Shown here: piece after piece, positions 37,586 to 49,559 of the stretch
Position numbering within the stretch: position 1 is the first letter of the stretch
Layout of the letters: every line of letters begins with the position of its first letter
NCBI GenBank assembly: GCA_964016885.1
Contig: OZ024741.1
Location: 192,696,001-192,760,000, forward strand
From: Eledone cirrhosa
Taxonomy: Eukaryota
Direction: 5' to 3'
Length of the DNA stretch: 64,000 nt
Notes under the pieces: generated by a model
Told to the model about the DNA's origin: nothing
Database searches by the model: none
The model's input: only the letters and a program-made list of their open reading frames with translations
Position numbers and translations under genes: made by a program

Positions 37586-38012
37586 GGTGATTTTTTACAA
37601 CCACTTTCTTAAACACCCTTATCTTGATATCAACCATCACCATTTTCTGTGTGTATATGTGTATGTGTGTGCGTGCGCGCGTGTGTGTGTATGCTTTAAT
37701 TCATTTAAATCTTCATCAACACCCATTAACACCAGACTCCACACCGCAGACACATCCAAATCGCTCTTATATATAGAGTCACACATCACAACACAACCTG
37801 ATCTCAGTTTGACAATCGCCACCGACGAATGCGAGAAAGTTCTCCAAGAAAGATAACCAGGATTCTTTAAAATTCTTCCCACCGAAGTTAACAAAGAACT
37901 TACTAGATCTACCAACTCATAATATTATAATATAAAATTAAATCAAATTATTTAGTACTACAAGTGAAATCATTCCTTCCCTTTTTTTTTCAAATATATA
38001 TATACATACACT

Positions 38013-38540
38013 ATGGCTGCAAACTCTGCTAAGAGTATTGCAATCGCTGGTCAGATTATAGAGTTCGGTGCACTTTTAGGCTACGGCCAGTCACACGAAC
38101 CTGTAACAGATCTTGAAAAAGCAATGCCTGTGCTTTGAAGGTTTTTTTTATGTGGTGAAAGGCATTGCACTCGACCAATCCACTCTCTGAGCATCGAAAG
38201 CACTACTCGAAACGGGGAACTGGTCAACATCATCGGATGCTACCGAAGCTGCAGGTTTTCTTTTCATAGTTCCCCTCTCCTAGAAAGGTGTTGTGACAAT
38301 AACTGGGGGCTTTTCACTCCCAAGTGTGGAGTGGGAAGTGCTAATTGGATGGCCGTTGACTCTGCTGAGTTCTTCCGCCCTTTGCCGGGTTTTGTATTTC
38401 ATCCCGCAGGGTGTCCAAATATCACCCTCCTCACTAAGCAAGCTTGATGGGGTTACCGGTTTCGTTGCGGATGATCCGATCATTAGACAGGTTGTACTGG
38501 GTTACATGTTACCAGTAGCATTAGACAGCAACCGGACATA
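38013..38540 (-). mobile_element. Non-autonomous retroelement (RTE-5'UTR-like), subfamily A
   Basis: Homologous to 43071-43522 and 60222-60748. Confidence 0.75.
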
Positions 38541-38561
38541 ACATATATACATACATTTATG

Positions 38562-39077
38562 ATGATGGCTTCCCCCTCGTTATCGATATAACATTATGAA
38601 TAATTATGAATTAACGCTAGCGTGCAATGCCTGAGCGACAGTAGCTATAACCCGAAAAGAAGAAAAGTTCAATATCATCGGTTACTACTGAGCCGCAGGT
38701 TTTATGTCAGAGTTATCCCAGTTTCCTGAGTTGCCTTCTCCTAGAAGAATGCCCTGAAAAATGCTAGGGGTCCTTTCCTCCCAGTGGTTTAATCGCACGA
38801 TTAGGTATCCAGCCTGATTATTTCTATTTCTCCGCGCATATACATACAATACACATGCATATATATATATATTTACACATTGTTGGATGGCCGTTGCCTC
38901 TTATGAATTCTTCCGCCCTTTGTCAGGTTTTGCTTTTTGTCCTGTAGGGTGTCCCAAATCACCCTCCTCTCTAAGTAAAGTTGGTGGGGTTGCCGGTTTA
39001 GTCGTCGACGACCCGACCATGCGACAGGTTGTACTGGGTTACATGTTACCAGTACCAGTCAAGAGTGACCCGACATA
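38562..39077 (-). mobile_element. Non-autonomous retroelement, subfamily B
   Basis: Reverse-complement homologue of 16758-17378. Confidence 0.75.
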
Positions 39078-39624
39078 ACATATATACATACATACATACA
39101 TACGTACATACAAAAAACATAGATACATACATACATACATACGTACATACAAAAAACATAGATACATACATACATACATACATACATACATACATACATA
39201 CATACATACATACATACATACATACATACATACGTACATACAAAAAACATAGATACATACATACATACGTACGTACAAAAACCATAGATACATACATACA
39301 TACACACGCATACACACACATGCACACACATATATGTATGCATATATCACTATATGTGTACAATCAAGTCGATGTATATATATTTTTGCGTGCCTGCACG
39401 GATACATTTTGTGTGCCTCTGTGAACGAGTGTGCATACACAATGTGTATATGTATAGAATATTTAGGTGTAAATGTATACATCTGTGGATTTATGCACAT
39501 AATTGTATATATATCAAACACACACATACAGTCACATATATATATATATATATACATATATAAATACATACATATATATGTATATATATATATATATATG
39601 TATAATAATTATATATATAATAAT

Positions 39625-40845
39625 TATAAAAGAGAACCAAGAATGAACAAAATCCTCCAAACACACAACATCATAAAGAGCAAAAGACAACCTAAATCCA
39701 TAAAAAAACATCCCCACACAAGCCAAAATCTAACCAACCCTCACAATGAACCTTACAGTAAAAAAATGTGGAAGGCCCGACTGTGGTATATGCATAAATC
39801 TAATAGAAGGTTCAACATTCCATTTTAAACAAGGACAACATTTCACAGCAAAACACAACTTTACATGTACATCTGAAAACCTAATCTATGTTTTGACCTG
39901 CTCAGGTTGTCGAGAGCACTACGCAGGACAGACAAAAAACAGCCTTCGACAACGTATGACTGTCCATAGATCACAGATCAAAATACAGGAATACATAAAG
40001 ATTGTTGTTAGTGAACATATCGCCAATTGGGCACCTAACCAACATACAAACTTTAAAATTTTCCCCATTTACAAATTCATAGACAACGCTTCTTTCATCC
40101 ATCGTACCAATAAGGAAAAATACTTCATTAACAAATTCCAACCTCTACTTAATGGACTAAACTTCTGACTAAACTAAAACTGGAACGAAGAATGAACCAA
40201 AGCCCCAATTCCTATATGCTCTAAAGAGTTACCTCCCTCACACCCTACCTAATCCTTTTTCTTATATAAATGAATTACCCCCTCTCATCTCTCTCTCCCC
40301 TACCTGACCACCCTGAATTACCTCCCCCTGCATATTAACTCTCTAAAAAGGGAAATCATATCCAACCCCAAACTACCATTTGCCTCCATCATGGACCAAC
40401 CAAGCCCTCTTGCCATAATAACACTTTTTGAACTGCTTATCCTCAAGAACTATGCCTGTAAATAATATTATTCTTTCTTTCCCATTACCTTATCATGTTC
40501 TAAATCACCCTCTTTTTTATCTTCTTTTCTTTTTACTTCAAAAACATTGTTTGTAAATAATATTATTTTTCCTTTCCCATTTTCTTAACATGTTCAACAT
40601 CACATTATCTTCTTTCCAACATTTTATACCAATACAAATTCCTCCCATAGATAATGCATAAAATGCTGAAACCGGTAATAGACAATTATTAAATATATAA
40701 ATAAATAAATGCCATTCTTAATTAATAAATAAATTAACTAATACCTTAACACTTCACAGAAAGTAAAATATTTTGTTTTAAACATTTTCTAACCCAGAAA
40801 AAAAGAGAAAAAAATAAAGGAAAAAAAAATGTTTTTCTTCCTAAT
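39625..40845 (+). mobile_element. 3' fragment of a Neptune-like PLE (GIY-YIG + 3' region)
   Basis: IIKSKRQPK, CGRPDCGIC, FTCTSENLIYVLTCSGCREHYAGQT..RMTVH and KEKYFINKFQP. A decayed hammerhead remnant gaaaccggta lies near 40667. Confidence 0.85.
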
Positions 40846-41336
40846 TTACATACATATATATATGCTTGTGATATGGATACACCTTGTTAACCAGTTTATT
40901 CTTGCCTTAGTGCTCAACTCTGTGAATGCACGTCTGTGTATTGAACTTTGTAGTGTAAACTTTTTCGGATTGCCTAACCGCTCAACTCTATGAATGCACA
41001 CCTGTGGATTGAACTTTGGAGTGTGAACTTCTGGGACTGTCCAACCTGGGATGTTTCCATTGCATTGTAATGGTCAACTCAATCTAGTGCGGACATAGCA
41101 TCTGTTCATGGAAAATCTCATTTGAACACTCTATTGTTGAACTGTGGCTAATTGCAACACCTAAGGCGTTCGTGTCCTGATATATTCCATATATCACCAT
41201 GAGTCAACACTAGTGTCACCTTAGGATTTCTATAATAATATTATTATTACATGCCCTAATAATTACCATCTTGATTACCCTTATTACTTCTTTTTACCCC
41301 CAGTTACATCTTTATAAATATACATTACTTGGACTG

Positions 41337-41410
<74 letters not shown>

Positions 41411-42112
41411 TTATATATACGTCTCTTTTATATATTTTTTATTTATATTTTTGTATATATATTTTTGTGTATTTTATGTGTTGTACGTATATCACTTGTT
41501 GAACATAGCTTGATAGCTTACGCATTTGCCAGTCTTATCTTTACCCACACCTTCCTTTATGGTGTATATTTTACTCCATTTTTTTTTTTGGGTGTATTGT
41601 TTTATTTATCTTCTGGTGTATATTTTACTTTACTTTATATTATTTTATTTTATTTTATTTTATTTTATTTTATTTTATTTTATTTTATTTTATCTTATTT
41701 TATTTTATCTTATTTTTTATTTTTTATTTTTTATTTTTTATTTTTTATTTTTTATATTTTATTTATTATTTATTATTTTTTATTATTTATCTTTTATCTA
41801 CTTTTTATCTATTTTTTATCTACCTCTTATCTATTTTTTTATCTATCTCTACCTCTTAACTTGTGCCCATCCGTCTATGATATGTTATTTGTATTAGTGT
41901 ATACTGTATGTGTTGCATACGGGTGCTTGTGTGTAGGTGCATGCGGGTGCTCATGCTTATGTATATAATTGTATGTAGCTGTATGTCAACGTAACCCTGC
42001 CCAACTGTGAGTGATAACATCTCTTATTTTTTATTATTTTTCATTTATTATTTTTTATTTTTTATTTTTCATTTTTCATTTTTCATTTTTATTTTTATTT
42101 TTATTTATTTTT

Positions 42113-42143
<31 letters not shown>

Positions 42144-42381
42144 TTTTTATTTTTATTTTTATTCTTAATCTTATTCTTTTTTTATTCTTAATCTTATTCT
42201 TATTTTTATGTTTATTTTTATTTTTATTTTTATTTTATTTTATTTTATTTTATTTTATTTTACTCCTCTTATTTTGCTCCTTTTACTTTACTCTTTAAAC
42301 TCCTCACAACTTATGGTATCCCCACATATATTCTTCTGTTTTGGCTTTGTCAATGCTTGTATACTTTGTATTTACTCTTTA

Positions 42382-42427
42382 TGCTCTGAAGAGTCCCACT
42401 TCTAGTGTGGACGAAACACTGTTAGCA
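42382..42427 (+). ncRNA. Minimal hammerhead ribozyme with canonical core in an orphan pLTR (about 41410-42558)
   Basis: tgct-CTGAAGA-gtcc.cac.ttcta.gtg.t.ggac-GAAA-cactg-T-T-agca. Confidence 0.75.
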
Positions 42428-42554
42428 ATTAAAGATATACCTATGTTCTAAGCGCTCTTTGTTGTTAATTGTATTACAGCTCTGTCCTCTGACATTGAGC
42501 TAACCATATACTGCCTATTTGATAAGTGGAGTGTTACACACTCCCAATTCTCTC

Positions 42555-42694
<140 letters not shown>

Positions 42695-42793
42695 ATATAT
42701 ATATGTATATATATATGTGTCTGATGGTAGGTAAGATGCTTCCATAGGCGGTATGCCGGTTGAGTACTCTATGCTCTTACAGAGCAGAGTATG

Positions 42794-42908
42794 ATAGAAT
42801 AGAAAACGAAAAACTGTGATGCATCTGAACTCAATTTATTGAGTGTTACAATTGTAACACAATAAATTGAGGTCAGATGCATCACTGATTTTTCGTTTTC
42901 TATTCTAT
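42794..42908. repeat. Spacer-less palindrome centred at 42851/42852
   Basis: atagaatagaaaacgaaaaa...gtgttacaa|ttgtaacac...tttttcgttttctattctat. Confidence 0.85.
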
Positions 42909-42931
42909 GTATATCTATATCTATATATACG

Positions 42932-42972
<41 letters not shown>

Positions 42973-43018
42973 TTATTAAAATAACAGATTAAAGTTTAAG
43001 CAAAGAATTTATTATTAT

Positions 43019-43070
<52 letters not shown>

Positions 43071-43076
<6 letters not shown>

Positions 43077-43522
43077 TGAAAATTCTGGTAAGTGTAATGC
43101 CATCGCTTGTCAGATTATAGTTTGGTGCACTTTTAGGCTACGGCCAGCCACATGAACCTGTAACATATTCCAAACAAGCAATGCCTGTGCTTTGAATGTT
43201 TTTTAAGTGCGGAGAGGCCTTGCACTCAACCAATCCCACACTCTGAGCATGAAAAACACTCAGAGTTTCCCACTCCTAGAAAGGTGTTGGGGGTCTTTCA
43301 CTGCCAGGTAAATAAAAAAAAGTACTATTTGGATGGCCGTTGATTCTGCTGAGTTCCTCCGCCCTTTGCCTCGTCTTGTATTTCATCCCCCAGGATATCC
43401 AAATATCATCCGCCTCACCAAAAAAGCTTGGCGGGGTTGGCGGTTTAGTCGCCGACGACCCGACAGTGAGACAGGTTGTACTGGGTTACACGTTACCAGT
43501 ATCATTCGAGACGGACCTGACT
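43071..43522 (-). mobile_element. Non-autonomous retroelement, subfamily A (internally deleted)
   Basis: Homologous to 38013-38540. Confidence 0.75.
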
Positions 43523-43925
43523 TATATATATATATATATGACGTATATATATATAAGAAATAAGATTTCGCTTCAAGCATAGTTTTATACAATATGTATA
43601 GAAATTTCGTATTTCTAAAGAAATACGGTTTTAGGAAGCCGTAGCTATGCAAATATCGGGGCTAACGCCCTCTGGTAGTGTCCAGCAGGACAAAGGGGAC
43701 AACCGTCTATGCATTTCCGTCAGGACGGTCCCTCCCGCCGCTTGCTACTGCTGGACTTGAAAACAGACGAGAATATATAGTTTTCTCGTCTGTCTAAATG
43801 AGGTGATTAATCTCATTTGCATATGAAGCTGCATAAGTTGGCTCAACTTATAATAGAAAAGAAATAATTCTTTAGAAATATGAAATTTCTATATTTATAC
43901 ACACACACACACGCACGCGCGCACG

Positions 43926-44031
<106 letters not shown>

Positions 44032-44247
44032 TATGTATATATATATATATATATTTTAAAAGGGAGTAAGGTTCTATACAAAACAGAGTTTATAGAGAAA
44101 AGGTGGAATTGGAAATAGCACGGAAAATATATTTAAGGATCTTTTTTTCTTGCTTTCTTCTTTGATACGTCAAACTGACATTATTGAAAAAATGAGAGGA
44201 ACAATTCTTTTAAAAAAGTAGTTTTATAATGTATATAAAATATATGA

Positions 44248-44295
44248 AATATAACTGGTTTCGATGTATCAGTGTGAACCATCTTATCAAATGTT
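44248..44295 (-). ncRNA. Hammerhead motif, U3-A8 variant (inverted pLTR copy)
   Basis: Minus strand reads aacat-TTGATAA-gatg...catc-GAAA-ccag-T-T-atatt. Confidence 0.65.
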
Positions 44296-45059
44296 GAATA
44301 TTACAATTAAAAAGAGTTAAAAAAATAAAAAAATTTAAAATTTAAAATAAAGTATTGAAAAGGTCTGTTCATCTTTCTTGTTGTGAAGACTGGGTCTAAA
44401 ATGGAGCCTTATATACTGAGATAGGTAGTCATAATAGTAGTAGTAGAAGTAGTGTTGGTAATATGTGTTTTTTCACAGAACAAAATTATTTTTTGGAATA
44501 GTCTCAATTGTGTTAAAGGATTGGTCAAAGTTTAGATAGGGGTGGTGAAGGAGGGAAATGTAAGCTAGAGACAATTGCTATAGGGGAGAGAAGTAAATGA
44601 GAGAAGCAAATGGGATTGTAAAAAGAAATTCTATTTCAAGAATATGGCTTTAGAGAGTATGTGTGTATATAAACATATATATATATATTATTTATATATA
44701 TATATGTGTGTGTGAGTGTGTGTGTGTTTGTGTATGTGTGTGTGTGCTATTGTAAGTTGTAGGGTATCAAAACTGAGAAAAATATTTATATGCATATATA
44801 TATGTTTGTTTTTGTAGTGGTGTGTGTGTGTACGCGCCCGCGTGTGTGATTTAGTTTGTTACAGCTCTTTTTGTGGTGGGAAATAAAAAGAACAGAGCAA
44901 AGCAGCAGTGGCGAAGATTATTGCGATATTTTCATAGTAATGCCAGGAGATTCCCCATTCTTTTAGTTTGGTTGTAGTTTTCTGCTTTTTTCGTAGTATT
45001 TGTTGTCGTCAAAGATTGTAAATGCCGAATCTCCTGGCATTACTACAAAAATATCGCAA

Positions 45060-46712
45060 TAACCTAACTACTAAAGAATTTGAATACATAAGCCATTTGA
45101 AATGTAAAACAAGTGCTTTCTACGGCTTCAGAAGATCCACAAATATACACTCATAAACGATGCCTGTGACACTTTGACTAACAAATACATACTATTAACA
45201 CCACCAGAAGAGTTAATAATCGGACCAATTATAGCAGGCTCTGAGCATGAAACCCACCGACATAGCAACCTCCTGGGCATCCTACTAAAGCCCTTCCTAA
45301 AACACATACAGAGCTACATACGATATGATCTTGATATGCTGAACTACCTACCCAAAACAGTAAGTGAAAACACTGTTCTTGTCTGCTTTGACGCAGTAAA
45401 CCTCTACACTAACATACCCAATAACTATGGACAATCGACAATCTAGTACTGGCTAGACACTCACCAATCCGAAATACCAACACGCATCAACAAAAACTTT
45501 AATATTGATCAACATACCGACAAATCTCAGGTACTACAATGGGCACGAAGGTAGCCCCCACATACGCTATCTTGGTCATGGGATTCCACGAACAACAAAT
45601 TTACAACCAATCGCTTCTATTATTCGGAGACTCTTTCCTAACACATCTCAAAAATAATTGGAAGAGATACCTAGTCGATTGCTTTATACTATGGCAGGAA
45701 AACATGAATACACTCACTCTTTTCCAACATATGATAAACAACATTAACAATAACATACAATTCACAATGGAATCCAATTCCAAGGAATTAGCCTTCTTGG
45801 ATATCCTTATTTTAAAAACAGATGGGAAAATAGAAACAGACACCTTTTATAAACCCACGGAATCCAAACAGTACCTCCACTTCATATTAAGTCACCCAAA
45901 ACATACAAAACTTAACATTCCTTTTAACTTAGCCACACATATATGCACCATAGTATCAGGCCCAAGTAAACGGGAACAAAGAATAAATGAACTAAAAAAA
46001 CACACTTACCTTAATAGCCTTCCCACTTGACATAATTAATAACGGAATAGACAGAGCAAAACGTAAATGTGCACCAACTTAACAATCCAAAGCACAGAAC
46101 CACAAACATTACCTTGCCACATGTATCCACCTTCAACCCCAGAAACACCAAAATATTCGACCACCTGCACAAAATACTCCCCATTCTATTTAAATATAGA
46201 AACATGAAAAAAGTCCTAGAAACACACAAGATCATTAAAAGTAAAAGGCAACCCAAATTACTAAAACACATTCTCACTAGAACAAATATTCACAAACCAA
46301 TCTCTAGCCTTACGGTAACAAAATGCGGAAGAACAAACTGTGGCACATGCCTATACTTAATTGAAGGACAAAAATTCACATTTAAAGGTGGTCAAACTTT
46401 CACAGTGAAAAACAACTTCACTTGCAACTCAGAGAACCTGATCTATGTAATCACATGCGGTGGCTGTCTACATAACTATATAGGACAGACGAGTTTTGTA
46501 CGCAAAATAATGACCATCCATCGCCATCAAACTCGAGACGTAAATACAAGGAAAATACCCTTCAGTAGCCACATTGCAGATTGTGCAGGTATGACACTAC
46601 CAAACTTTAAAATCTACCCACTTTATAAGTGCTCCGATTCTTTCACAGAATAACAAAGAATAAATAAAGAAAAACTATTTATTAACAGATTTAAACCAAA
46701 ATTAAATATGTA
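45060..46712 (+). pseudogene. Neptune-like PLE RT + GIY-YIG (disrupted)
   Basis: VCFDAVNLYTNIP, MGTKVAPTYA, WKRYLVDCF, LAFLDI, FYKPT..QYLHF..HPKH and CGRTNCGTC..NLIYVITCGGCLHNYIGQT. Confidence 0.9.
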
Positions 46713-46739
46713 ATTACTGACATCATTAGATTCTCTTTC

Positions 46740-46809
<70 letters not shown>

Positions 46810-47055
46810 CACGAAATAAAAAAGAAATTGCTCATACACATATTTTCCAGAAATTCCTGATTGAAAACCATCACTGATTCTTTACTCTGTTTTCTTTTTA
46901 TTTTCCACCACAAAAAGACCTATGACAAACAAACTAAAGCACATACACACACACGCGCATACACGACACTACAAAAACAAACAAATATATACATACATGT
47001 GTCCCCCAAATATTTCTCTTTGTTTTGATCTAATCACACTTACACTAAGACACAC

Positions 47056-47201
<146 letters not shown>

Positions 47202-47297
47202 TTATTATTATTATACTTGGGGAAGGTCATTGTTATAATACTATTGCCAGAAATAATATTTGTTTCGACACACGATTTCATATCAAAAACCTCGCAA

Positions 47298-47344
<47 letters not shown>

Positions 47345-47757
47345 GTGTGTGTGTGTGTGTGTGTGTGTATATTTAAATGTTTATATACAAACTTACACAT
47401 ACACACTCATATTCTCTAAAACCATATGCCTAAAATAGAATTTCATTTTACTTCTCTAATCTACCTCTCTTCCCTGTAGTAATTGTCTCTAGCTTACATC
47501 TCCCCTTCACCACCCCCATCTAAACTTTTGACCAGTCCTTTACCACAATTGAGACTATTCCCCAAAAAACTTTGTTCTGTTAAAAAACACATACTACCAA
47601 CACTACTTCTACTCCTACTATTATGACTACTTATCTCAGTATATAAGGCTCCATTTTAGACCCAGTCTTCACAACAAGAAAGATGAACAGCTTAATTATA
47701 AATTTTAAATTTATTACTCTTTTTAACTCTTTTTAACTCTTTTTAATTGTAATATTC

Positions 47758-47805
47758 AACATTTGATAAGATGGTTCACAATAATACATCGAAACCAGTT
47801 ATATT
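47758..47805 (+). ncRNA. Hammerhead motif, U3-A8 variant
   Basis: aacat-TTGATAA-gatg.gttcacaataata.catc-GAAA-ccag-T-T-atatt, with one mismatch in stem I. Confidence 0.65.
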
Positions 47806-48065
47806 TCATATATTTTATATACATTATAAAACTACTTTTTTAAAGAATTGTTCCTCTCATTTTTTCAATGTCACTTTGACGTATCAAAGAAAAGAAAAAA
47901 GAAAAAACACATCCTTAAATATATATCCCGTGCTATTCCCAATTTCACCTTCTCTCTCTCTCGCACTCTCTCTTTCTGTCTGTCTGTCTATTTGTCTCCC
48001 TCTCTCCCTCTCTCACCCTTTCTCTCTCTCTCTCTCTATATACATATATATATCTCTCTCTCTCT

Positions 48066-48132
<67 letters not shown>

Positions 48133-48136
<4 letters not shown>

Positions 48137-49287
48137 TATAAAACTGTAGTTGTCTGTGTGTGTGTGTGTGTCCTCATTTTTACAAAGTCTATACAAATCT
48201 ACATTTCTACTCCGATTGACTTCAAACTTGCATTTATATATTCCTTGCGGTCTAAAGATATTAACTGTAGCTTTCCTTTTTCACTTTTCTGTTGTTAAAG
48301 GGGTGTTAGGCGCTTGTTATCGATCTCCGTCGCGCCCTTATAATATCTGTCTGTATGTGTGGATGTCTGCATTACGACATTATGACAAACATTGATGACG
48401 TATTATGTTCGCTATTTTCCGTTCATTGCCAGGGAACGTCTTCACGAACCAAAGTATCGTCTTCCTGTTTTCCTTCGGTTGCAACGTTTTTCGAAATATT
48501 TACTTCTGCGTTCACAGATTGATTCTTTTAGTTTCAGAAGATCCCGTTAAGGGTGAAAGCAGCGATTCTTTAATTTGTTATTTTAATATATGATATAAGC
48601 GAGGCAAGCCAGCCCAGTTGCCACTTCTTGCCAATAAACATTAACCCTTTGTGCGCCATTCATCTAACTGTAGACCAACAAATACCATCTAAACGGAGAG
48701 TTGACAAGAACGATGGCGAATGAATCTTCGAGGTAAGCAGTTTCCTCCCGAGCTGTTAGTTCACGCGGGATTCTCTGTTACACCTTTTCGTAATAATACC
48801 GAACAACGTACTGCTGGTCACTCCTTCCCCCAAAAGCCGTACAAAGCGGACATGTGCATCGGGCAGATGGATCGGGTGCAAATCTACACCAGGCATACGC
48901 GAGAAATTCGCAAGGGACTGCACCGACAGGGATAGAGAGAAAGAGTAACTTAGTGGAAAGTGTGCGAATGAACTTTTGAGGTAAGTAGCCTACGCCTAAC
49001 TGCTATGACACTGGAACCTTCTGCCAACTTAACCTGTGATTTTCTCTTTCATATTTACTCCAATAGGCCCAAACAGAGGGGTATGAAAAGAAGGTGCTCC
49101 CAATATTTCTATGAACAATGCACGTAGACAGCTAAACTGTATTTTCAACTTCTTAATTTTCTCCAAATAAAACAAGTTTCCTGTCGGTATATTTTCGTGA
49201 GTTTTAACAGGCACTCACAAATAAACGTTTCTCATTGGCGGTGCTATTACCAATGTTCTTACCCGTGCAACGCCGGGATACACTGCT

Positions 49288-49290
<3 letters not shown>
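48133..49290 (+). mobile_element. Probable non-autonomous Helitron
   Basis: 3' hairpin cccg-tgcaacgc-cggg (49262-49277) followed after 8 nt by CTAA|T (CTRR end). The 5' part is tatatataaaactgtagttgtc(tg)n...ccgattgacttcaaacttg. The 5' boundary is uncertain. Confidence 0.6.
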
Positions 49291-49323
<33 letters not shown>

Positions 49324-49559
49324 GAAGCAGCGAGTTGATTTGAAATTATTAGAAATGTTAGCTATCGCCGTATAGATGAGTATTGACGTACGTCAATACT
49401 CATCTTTTTCCATTTCTCCGAGGGTTCTTAACCCCACTATCAGGCTAAATAATTTCTTTAATTTCTTTAGTCAAAATACGGCGATAGCTAACATTTCTAA
49501 TAATATATATATATATAATACTCTAACCCTTTTCAATCTAAACTATCTAATGATATTTC

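Larger units (their letters stand above)
33790..37965 (-). mobile_element. Neptune-like Penelope element (minus strand) with an inverted pLTR copy at its 5' end
   Basis: 37587-37965 is the reverse complement of 33790-33830 plus 34222-34570. The coding remnant lies at 35575-37585. Confidence 0.8.

Noticed and set aside
38440-38490. Hammerhead-like string on the minus strand (CTAATGA...GAAACCGGTA) in one non-autonomous element copy
   Set aside because: G5 is missing, stem II does not close, and the four homologous copies lack the motif.
38495-38520. ctgg-GTTACATGTTA-ccag resembling a twister P4/L4
   Set aside because: It is antisense to the inferred element orientation and has no pseudoknot partners or conserved UAA cleavage loop.
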